From Pseudomonadota bacterium (lineage in GTDB: Bacteria > Pseudomonadota > Alphaproteobacteria > UBA8366 > JADFVY01): a stretch of DNA of 28,668 nt. Location of the stretch: NCBI GenBank assembly GCA_015222795.1, contig JADFVY010000120.1, positions 1 through 28,668 on the forward strand, written 5' to 3'. A model generated the notes under the pieces. The model did no database searches. It saw only the letters and a list, made by a program, of their open reading frames with translations, and was not told the origin of the DNA. Position 1 is the first letter of the stretch. The number at the start of each line of letters is the position of its first letter. Below, one piece after another: positions 1 to 6,349 of the stretch. The position numbers and the translations under genes are program-made.

Positions 1-77
1 CCTGACCAACCTCAAAGCCGCATAGGCCATTCAAACGAGTAAACAATGAACCCTGAAACCTTAAAGCCGACAGACTG

Positions 78-204
78 CTAGTCAGTTCCTAATATCCCGA
101 AGGTCACGTGGTCGCACCAGCGGCCGTTGATCTTCAGATATTCCCGCGCCAATCCTTCTTCTCGGAAGCCGCATTTCAGCGCCAGGCAGCGACCTCAACC
201 CGGT
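78..204 (-). pseudogene. Decayed 3'-terminal fragment of a RimJ-like GNAT gene (second copy of the 3' end of 3017..3619)
   Basis: Minus strand 188->78 translates to CLALKCGFREEGLAREYLKINGRWCDHVTFGILGTD* (TAG at 78-80). This matches the intact gene's CL[PANEASRGLL]LKCGFREEGLAREYLKINGRWCDHVTFGIL. Upstream, RVEVA (190-204) matches RVEAA in another frame, implying a 1-nt frameshift plus a ~27-nt internal deletion. No start codon is linked to this frame. Confidence 0.9.
91..178. repeat. Direct repeat, copy 1 (partner at 3060..3147)
   Basis: Hand alignment at offset 2969: first 38 bp identical, 81/88 overall, mismatches at 129, 132, 152, 153, 159, 162 and 165. Confidence 0.95.
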
Positions 205-363
205 CGCCGCGCGTATATTCACGCGAAATTATTGAATCGCCTCCGAACGAAGCCGTCGCGTCAAACAAGCAGCGAATTCCTTTAAGACGAGCTTTGACAT
301 CCCCTCTCTTCATAAAACGCCCCTCAAGGCGTTTCAGCCCATGACAATCAGGCAAGGCCATTA

Positions 364-386
364 AAGATGCATTAAAAATATTGCTT
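364..386. promoter_or_regulatory. Putative NsrR operator 1, overlapping the nirK -35
   Basis: AAGATGCATTA-A-AAATATTGCTT versus the 11-1-11 NsrR consensus AAGATGYATTT-N-AAATRCATCTT: left half 10/11, right half about 7/11. An nsrR-like gene lies in the same cassette. Confidence 0.6.
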
Positions 387-409
387 TCTATGTCAGGGCA
401 GCATATGAT
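381..409 (+). promoter_or_regulatory. Putative sigma70 promoter of nirK
   Basis: TTGCTT (381-386), 17-nt spacer, TATGAT (404-409), in an AT-rich tract ~125 nt upstream of the nirK ATG. Confidence 0.65.
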
Positions 410-431
410 ACATGTATATATTTTACATCTT
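409..431. promoter_or_regulatory. Putative NsrR operator 2, over the predicted transcription start
   Basis: cATGTAT-atatt-TTACATctt fits the gATGYAT-N5-ATRCATc core. It starts at the last base of the -10 element. Confidence 0.65.
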
Positions 432-535
432 TCAGAATATACCGGAATTCAACCATGTGGCGGCGCCCGGGTTATTGGGTGGCTCCGATCCGGCAGCCGG
501 CTCTTTGTCACCAACTTAACTGGGAGGAATTGCAG

Positions 536-1651
536 ATGCCGAATTTAACGAGAAGGCAGGTTTTGAAAAGCGGGGGCGCCGTGGCGGCCGCTCCGGTTCT
601 GGTCCAGGCAGGGCTTCAGGTCGCTCAGGCCGAAACCACGGACATAAGCAAACTGAGGCGCGTGAAGCAGCAAATGGTTGCTCCGCCAGCCGTGCCCGAA
701 CATGAACAGGTCGCCAGCGGCGGGCCGAAAATCATTGAGGTTCGCCTGGTCGTCGAGGAGAAACAGATCGAAATCGACGGCGATGGCACCAAGATGTGGG
801 CCATGACCTTCAATGGCTCCGTGCCGGCCCCGATGATCGTCTGCCATCAGGACGACTACGTCGAGGTGACCCTGGTCAATCCGGAAAGCAATAACCTGGA
901 GCATAATATTGACTTGCATGCCGCGACCGGATCGCTTGGCGGCGGCGGATTGACCCATGTTACGCCGGGCGAGGAGGTTGTGATCCGCTTCAAGGCGACG
1001 AAAGCCGGCGTTTTCTGTTACCACTGCGCCCCGGGCGGCACGATGATCCCGCTGCACTGTGTCTCGGGCATGGCGGGCACCATCATGGTCCTTCCCCGCA
1101 ACGGCTTGACCGACGCCAACGGAAAATCAATCAAGTACGACAAGGTCTGGCACATCGGCGAGCAGGACTACTACATACCAAGAGACGAGGACGGCAATTT
1201 CAAGTCCTACGAAAGTGTCGGCGACTCAATGTCCAACACACTTGAGGTCATGCGGGATTTCGTCCCCACCCACGTCGTCATCGGCGGCGCCGCCTTCGCC
1301 TATACCGGCGACAACTCGTTGACCGCGAAGGTCGGGGAAACGGTCCTGATCACGCATATGCAGGCCAACAACCCGACCCAGCCGCACCTGATCGGCGGCC
1401 ACGGCGATTATGTCTGGGCGGACGGATCCTTCCAAGACCCTCCGAAAACAGGACTGGAGACTTATTGGGTCGCGGGCGGTTCGGCCGGGGCCATGATGTA
1501 CACCTTCCGCCAACCCGGACTATACGTCTACCTCAACCACAACCTGATCAAGGCCGTAATGGGGGGCGCCGCCGCCCACATCAAGGTCGAAGGCAAGTGG
1601 GACGACGATCTGATGACCCAGGTAAGGAAACCGGGGCCGATCAGCAGTTAA
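536..1651 (+). CDS. nirK: Copper-containing nitrite reductase, Tat-exported, 371 aa
   Basis: RBS GGGAGGA at 522-528 supports the ATG at 536 rather than 455. Twin-arginine signal TRRQVLK...AQA. Motifs: HNIDLH (T1 H123, catalytic D126, T2 H128), YHCAPGGTMIPLHCVSGM (H163, C164, H174, M179), PHLIGGHG (catalytic H284), NHNL (T2 H335). Confidence 0.96.
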   Translation: MPNLTRRQVLKSGGAVAAAPVLVQAGLQVAQAETTDISKLRRVKQQMVAPPAVPEHEQVASGGPKIIEVRLVVEEKQIEIDGDGTKMWAMTFNGSVPAPMIVCHQDDYVEVTLVNPESNNLEHNIDLHAATGSLGGGGLTHVTPGEEVVIRFKATKAGVFCYHCAPGGTMIPLHCVSGMAGTIMVLPRNGLTDANGKSIKYDKVWHIGEQDYYIPRDEDGNFKSYESVGDSMSNTLEVMRDFVPTHVVIGGAAFAYTGDNSLTAKVGETVLITHMQANNPTQPHLIGGHGDYVWADGSFQDPPKTGLETYWVAGGSAGAMMYTFRQPGLYVYLNHNLIKAVMGGAAAHIKVEGKWDDDLMTQVRKPGPISS

Positions 1652-1683
1652 TTCAAACCATGGCTCGCTGATGGAAAGCTCGG

Positions 1684-1731
1684 CAAACAGTCCCCGACAG
1701 CCATTCACCCCCTCCTGTCGGGGACTGTTTG
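1684..1731. repeat. Perfect 17-bp inverted repeat with a 14-nt loop between nirK and sco (terminator/stabiliser-like hairpin)
   Basis: CAAACAGTCCCCGACAG (1684-1700) and CTGTCGGGGACTGTTTG (1715-1731) are exact reverse complements. Confidence 0.9.
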
Positions 1732-1782
1732 AACCGGGAGGCCTTCACGCACGGAAAATATCAACTGATTGAGGAGGCCGCC

Positions 1783-2421
1783 TTGGAAACGAAAGCTGGA
1801 ATATGGCACCCGGTGCTGGCGGCGATTGTCGTCATGGCCCTTAGTCCGGCGGCGAACGGCGGAACAGCGGAGACCGGCAAGAGGGAAGTTCCCACCGTCG
1901 GCAAGCCGATAGCGGGACATATCGGCGGACCGTTCACCCTGGTCGATCACAACGGAGACACCGTTACCGACGCCGATTTCCACGGCCGTTTCATGCTGAT
2001 TTATTTCGGCTATACCTTCTGCCCGGACGTTTGCCCGACGGCGGCAATCATGATGACGCACACGCTGGAGGAACTGGGCGAGCAAGAAGCGAAAGTGACG
2101 CCCATCATCATAAGCATCGACCCCGAGCGCGACCGCCCCGATGGCATGAAGGATTACGTCTCCCATTTCCATCCGCGCATGGTGGGGCTCACCGGCTCGC
2201 CCGAACAGGTCGCGGTGGCGATCGAAGCCTACAAGGTATATGCGGTCAAGGTATTCGAGGAGGGATGGGGCGTGGACGATTATTTCGTCTATCACTCCGA
2301 TGTCATTTATTTCATGGGCCCCGATGGGGAATATCTCGATCATTTCGGCAGCGGCTCCACGCCCAAGGTTATGGCCGCGCGAATGCGGGCGCACATGGGC
2401 GGAAGTCCACCTCGCCCCTAA
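1783..2421 (+). CDS. senC: Sco/SenC/PrrC family copper chaperone, 212 aa
   Basis: GPFTLVDHNG, YFGYTFCPDVCP (CxxxC) and the conserved His in YFVYHSDVIYFMGPDG. Start reassigned to the in-frame TTG at 1783 because GAGGAGG lies at 1771-1777 and the track start (1729) falls inside the hairpin. Hydrophobic N-terminal segment. Confidence 0.92.
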   Translation: METKAGIWHPVLAAIVVMALSPAANGGTAETGKREVPTVGKPIAGHIGGPFTLVDHNGDTVTDADFHGRFMLIYFGYTFCPDVCPTAAIMMTHTLEELGEQEAKVTPIIISIDPERDRPDGMKDYVSHFHPRMVGLTGSPEQVAVAIEAYKVYAVKVFEEGWGVDDYFVYHSDVIYFMGPDGEYLDHFGSGSTPKVMAARMRAHMGGSPPRP

Positions 2422-2888
2422 TTGACGGTGGTTGCGGAGCCGCCGGACCACACGTCGGTGGGGAACGCCTTGATCAGTTGAGGTTTCGGTAGGACAAGAT
2501 CCTTGATGCTGTAGCCATCAAGAACCTCGAGAAAGGCGTTGTGCGCCTGGCGCATGATGCCGGCAAGAACGCACGCGCTAACAATCTGGCAGTTGAAATC
2601 TCCATCGGGCTCGAAACACTCTACTATGGCCATGTCTTTCTCCATGGCGCGAACCACCTCGCCAACGGAAATCGTTGCCGGGTCCCGCCCGATGCGCAGG
2701 CCGCCATTCTTTCCGCGGACGGTTTCGGCGAACCCGTGCTTGCCCAGATCCTGGACCAGTTTCATCAGATGATTGCGCGAGATATCGTATTGCTCGGAGA
2801 TTTCCCTTATCGTCGCGAGCCTTCCATCCTGGATGCTGAGATAAATCAGAACCCTCAGTGCATAATCGCTATAGTTGGTTAAACGCAT
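2418..2888 (-). CDS. nsrR: Rrf2-family NO-sensing repressor NsrR
   Basis: MRLTNYSDYALRVLIYL N-terminus, ISRNHLMK helix, RGKNGGL wing, and three C-terminal Cys (VECF...NCQIVSAC) typical of [4Fe-4S] NsrR. Adjacent to nirK, which has matching boxes. Confidence 0.88.
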   Translation of the reverse strand: MRLTNYSDYALRVLIYLSIQDGRLATIREISEQYDISRNHLMKLVQDLGKHGFAETVRGKNGGLRIGRDPATISVGEVVRAMEKDMAIVECFEPDGDFNCQIVSACVLAGIMRQAHNAFLEVLDGYSIKDLVLPKPQLIKAFPTDVWSGGSATTVN

Positions 2889-2914
2889 TTTTCGCCACGA
2901 ACTCCCCTATTCAA

Positions 2915-2937
2915 AACATGCATGGTAGATATAGCTA
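2915..2937. promoter_or_regulatory. Possible autoregulatory NsrR box upstream of nsrR
   Basis: aacATGCAT-ggtag-ATATAGcta: one perfect ATGCAT half and a degenerate second half. It overlaps a CTATAT (-10-like) on the minus strand at 2929-2934. Confidence 0.4.
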
Positions 2938-3016
2938 TAACCTCGAGAAACTCCAGTGGTTTTTGGGTAAAATCCCCGGCCCCCCGGCTAATACCAAGGC
3001 TCGCTGATAGAGCTTT

Positions 3017-3619
3017 TCAAGTTTGAAGTGAAGCGACTCCGGGGCGCGGGTCGCCATGCAATATCCCGAAGGTCACGTGGTCGCACCAGCGGCCGTTTAT
3101 TTTCAGATATTCCCGCGCCAGGCCTTCCTCGCGAAAGCCGCATTTCAAGAGCAGGCCGCGGCTCGCCTCGTTGGCGGGCAGGCAGGCGGCCTCGACCCTG
3201 TGCAGCTGCAAAACCCCGAAGGAATAATCCAGCACACAGCGGACCGCTTCGGTCATATATCCGTGGCGGGCGCTGGCCGCGCCGACCCAGTAACCCAGGC
3301 TGCCGGTCCGCGCCACGCCCTGGCGCACGTTGGACAGGGTGATTCCGCCCAACATCTCTCTACCGTCACGGCTGAAAATCAGAAACCCGTATCCGGTTTG
3401 CGCGTGCCAGTCTTCCTTGACCTGGGCGCGCCGGCGCTGGAAGGCGGCAATGCTGGCGCCATCGGGCGGCCAGGTCGGCTCCCATGGCTGCAGGAACGCC
3501 TCGCTGGCCCGCCGCAGCGTCACCCAGGCTCGCGCATCCTGGGAAACCGGTGGGCGCAATAACACCCGGGGGCCGGTGAGAACAGTATCCGATACCGCGC
3601 TGCGCAACATCGCCCACAT
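3017..3619 (-). CDS. rimJ: RimJ/RimL-family GNAT N-acetyltransferase
   Basis: FLQPWEPTWP, GGITLSNVRQG, GSLGYWVG, LHRVEAACLPANEASRGLL.KCGF..EG.AR.YLKING.W.DH. Usual position downstream of the M16 peptidase. Confidence 0.88.
   Translation of the reverse strand: MWAMLRSAVSDTVLTGPRVLLRPPVSQDARAWVTLRRASEAFLQPWEPTWPPDGASIAAFQRRRAQVKEDWHAQTGYGFLIFSRDGREMLGGITLSNVRQGVARTGSLGYWVGAASARHGYMTEAVRCVLDYSFGVLQLHRVEAACLPANEASRGLLLKCGFREEGLAREYLKINGRWCDHVTFGILHGDPRPGVASLQT
3060..3147. repeat. Direct repeat, copy 2 (inside the rimJ 3' end)
   Basis: Matches 91..178 at 81/88 nt. Confidence 0.95.
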
Positions 3620-3625
3620 AGTTAT

Positions 3626-4885
3626 TCAGACGGAAAGCCGCTCGGCGAAGCGGTCATAGGGCATCATACGCCCCAACGGCCCAATGGCGGCAAGCGACGG
3701 GCGGCCAGTAAATATCCGCCCCGCCACGCGTCGAACCGCATCCATATCAACTGCGTCGATGTGTGCCACTATCTCATCGATTGGCAAAGGCCGGCCGAAA
3801 ATCAACATCTGTTCGCCAAGCTGCTCGGCTCGCGATCCGGTAGATTCCAGCGACATAAGGGTCGCCGCCTTAAGCTGGTTTCGGGCGCGTCGCACCTCGC
3901 TTTCCTCCAGGCTTCCCGCCAGCCGCTTCACCTCGTCGACCAGCACCGGCATCAACTCGGCTATCTCTTCCTCGCCGGTCCCGGCGTAGATGCCGAACAG
4001 GCCGCAATCTGTATAACAGGAACAATAACTGTGGATCGAATAAGCCAGCCCTCGGCGTTCGCGGACCTCCTGGAACAGCCGTGACGACATGCCACCGCCG
4101 AACAGAACCGACATCACGGTAGAGGCATAAATGTCGGGGTCGTGCATCCCCAGCCCCGGGAACCCGATCGTCAGATGCACCTGTTCCAGTTCGCGGTCTT
4201 CCAGATGCTCGCCGCCGCCGTATGCCGCCGTTTCGTTGCCCAGTGGCCGGCTGTCCGGCAGATCGTTGAACAGATGACGAGCCAGAGTAACCAATTGATC
4301 ATGCTCGATCATTCCGGCCGCCGACAACACCAGACTGCCGGCGCCATAGGCCTGGTCCATATAGCCCATGATGGCCTCGCGCGACATTGTTCGCACCCGT
4401 TCGGCATCGCCGAGCACCGGGCGGCCCATGGGTTGGTCGGGAAAGGCGGTGGCCTGAAAATGGTCGAAAACAACATCGTCCGGCGTATCGTGCGCCTGGC
4501 CGATCTCCTGCAGCACGACACTGCGCTCGCGCGCCAGTTCCTCGGGCTCGAATGTGGAATGCTGCAGAATGTCGGCCAGAATATCGACCGCCAACGGCGC
4601 GTCCTCTTTCAGAACCTTGGCGTAATATGCGGTGTGTTCGCGCGAGGTATAGGCGTTCAAATGGCCGCCGACCTCCTCGATTTCGGCCACAATATCCAGC
4701 GCCGAGCGGCGCTTGGTGCCCTTAAAGGCCATATGCTCCAGCATATGGGCAACGCCGTTGATCTCAACCGGCTCGTTGCGGGTGCCGGCGTCGACGAAGA
4801 CCCCGACCGAGACCGTCTCCACCGCGTCCATCGTGTGGGAAACGATGCGCAGCCCGTTCTCCAGGGTTGTCTGGCGGACGGTCAT
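3626..4885 (-). CDS. M16B-family zinc peptidase (pitrilysin / mitochondrial processing peptidase-like)
   Basis: Inverted zinc motif HMLEH in GVAHMLEHMAFKGT, plus LNAYTSREHTAYY and SSRLFQEVRERRGLAY. Start overlaps the thrC stop by 4 nt. Confidence 0.95.
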   Translation of the reverse strand: MTVRQTTLENGLRIVSHTMDAVETVSVGVFVDAGTRNEPVEINGVAHMLEHMAFKGTKRRSALDIVAEIEEVGGHLNAYTSREHTAYYAKVLKEDAPLAVDILADILQHSTFEPEELARERSVVLQEIGQAHDTPDDVVFDHFQATAFPDQPMGRPVLGDAERVRTMSREAIMGYMDQAYGAGSLVLSAAGMIEHDQLVTLARHLFNDLPDSRPLGNETAAYGGGEHLEDRELEQVHLTIGFPGLGMHDPDIYASTVMSVLFGGGMSSRLFQEVRERRGLAYSIHSYCSCYTDCGLFGIYAGTGEEEIAELMPVLVDEVKRLAGSLEESEVRRARNQLKAATLMSLESTGSRAEQLGEQMLIFGRPLPIDEIVAHIDAVDMDAVRRVAGRIFTGRPSLAAIGPLGRMMPYDRFAERLSV

Positions 4886-6282
4886 GCCTTCACGCCCACG
4901 CGCGTCCGAATATGCGCCATCACGCCCTCGAGGTTATTAGCCATTACGTCGTATCTCTCCTCTCGCTCAAACAGGTCGGCCAGGCGGGGCGGCAGTTGCG
5001 GGCGTATGCCTGTTGCGCGCTCGACCGCCTCGGGGAATTTGGCCGGGTGGGCGGTGGCCATCGAAACCATCGGGATCGCCGGATCGGGGTTCTTTGCACG
5101 CGCCGCGGCAACGCCGATCACGCTATGCGGATCCAGAAGCGCGCCGTTGGCCTCTTGCTCTCCCTTGATGGCAGTCAGCGTCTGTTCGTCGTCGAGGCGA
5201 TGGCCTTCGAACAGTGACTGTATGGCATCCATGCCGCCCTGCGGGATTGTCAGCCGGCCGGTTTCACGAAATTCGGTCATCGCGCTTTTAACAGCTACAC
5301 CCTCGCGGTCGCAGGCGTCGAACAGTAGCCGCTCGAAATTGCTGGAAACCTGAATGTCCATGCTGGGCGAAAGCGACGGCTCGACCCCGCGCGCCTCCAT
5401 CGCCCCGGTTTCGATGAAACGGGTAAGGATGTCGTTGCGGTTGGAGCCGATGACGAACTGCGATATGGGCAAACCCATCTCGCGCGCGGCATAACCGGCA
5501 TAGACATTGCCAAAATTGCCGGTCGGCACGGCGAAATTCACGGGGCGATCCGGCGCGCCAAGAGCCAGGGCGGCGCGGAAATAATAGACGATCTGGGCCA
5601 TGATCCGCGCCCAATTGATCGAATTGACCGCGCCGAGCCGCATTTCCTGGCGAAAACCGGGGTCGCCGAACATTGCCTTCACCATATCCTGGCAGTCGTC
5701 GAAGCTGCCCTCGATGGCGATGTTGTGGACGTTGGCCGAGGGCACGGTCGTCATCTGGCGCCGCTGAACATCGGACACACGGCCATGGGGATGCAGAATG
5801 AAAATATCGATAGCCTCGCGGTCGCGGCAGGCCTCGATTGCGGCCGAACCAGTATCGCCCGAGGTCGCGCCGACGATGGTAATGCGCTCGCCGCGACGGC
5901 CGAGTACATGATCGAACAGCCGTCCCAGCAACTGGAGCGCAACATCCTTGAAGGCCAGCGTCGGGCCGTGGAACAGTTCCATCAGCCAGAGATTGTCGTC
6001 CAGTTGTTTCAGCGGCACGACGGCGGCATGATCGAACCCGGCATAGGCGTCGCGCACAAGACCGGCGAATTCGTCCTCGCCGATCCGTCCGCCCAAAAAC
6101 GGCTGCATGATTCGGATCGCCAGGTCCGCGTATGAAAGGCCGCGCATGGCGCGAATTTCATCGGCCGGGAAATGCGGCCATGTCTCGGGAATATAGAGGC
6201 CCCCGTCCGTGGCCAGTCCAGCCAGCAGAACCTCGTCAAATTCCAGAATCGGGGCCTCGCCCCTGGTGCTTATGTAACGCAC
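4882..6282 (-). CDS. thrC: Threonine synthase
   Basis: MRYISTRG start (GTG), ELFHGPTLAFKD (PLP lysine), GATSGDTGSAA, VNSINWARI, VPTGNFG, TAHPAKF. Confidence 0.97.
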   Translation of the reverse strand: MRYISTRGEAPILEFDEVLLAGLATDGGLYIPETWPHFPADEIRAMRGLSYADLAIRIMQPFLGGRIGEDEFAGLVRDAYAGFDHAAVVPLKQLDDNLWLMELFHGPTLAFKDVALQLLGRLFDHVLGRRGERITIVGATSGDTGSAAIEACRDREAIDIFILHPHGRVSDVQRRQMTTVPSANVHNIAIEGSFDDCQDMVKAMFGDPGFRQEMRLGAVNSINWARIMAQIVYYFRAALALGAPDRPVNFAVPTGNFGNVYAGYAAREMGLPISQFVIGSNRNDILTRFIETGAMEARGVEPSLSPSMDIQVSSNFERLLFDACDREGVAVKSAMTEFRETGRLTIPQGGMDAIQSLFEGHRLDDEQTLTAIKGEQEANGALLDPHSVIGVAAARAKNPDPAIPMVSMATAHPAKFPEAVERATGIRPQLPPRLADLFEREERYDVMANNLEGVMAHIRTRVGVKA

Positions 6283-6314
6283 GGCTCGTTTCGTCCTCTT
6301 AACCCAAGCGCATC

Positions 6315-6343
6315 AAACTAGCGATGCGGCCCGCCGCAAGCAA
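6315..6343 (-). promoter_or_regulatory. Putative internal sigma70 promoter for thrC-M16-rimJ
   Basis: Minus strand reads TTGCTT (6343-6338), 17 nt, TAGTTT (6320-6315), in the 67-bp gap upstream of thrC. Confidence 0.5.
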
Positions 6344-6349
6344 GGCGAC

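Noticed and set aside
294-334. TTGACA at 294-299 and a 7-bp hairpin at 315-334
   Set aside because: No -10 element at a usable spacing. The hairpin is short and its role cannot be supported.
108-361. Short ORFs 108..344 (+) and 176..361 (-)
   Set aside because: They overlap the rimJ remnant and promoter region. The minus-strand ORF only carries the frameshifted RVEVA piece of the pseudogene.
455-535. 27-aa N-terminal extension of NirK
   Set aside because: A strong RBS precedes ATG 536, and the Tat motif should lie near the N-terminus.
2937-2947. ATAACCTCGAG, also present near 21715
   Set aside because: An 11-bp match is plausible by chance in 28.7 kb, with no symmetry or shared context.
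4142-5353. 403-aa plus-strand ORF
   Set aside because: Antisense to the M16 and thrC genes, explained by codon bias on the coding strand.
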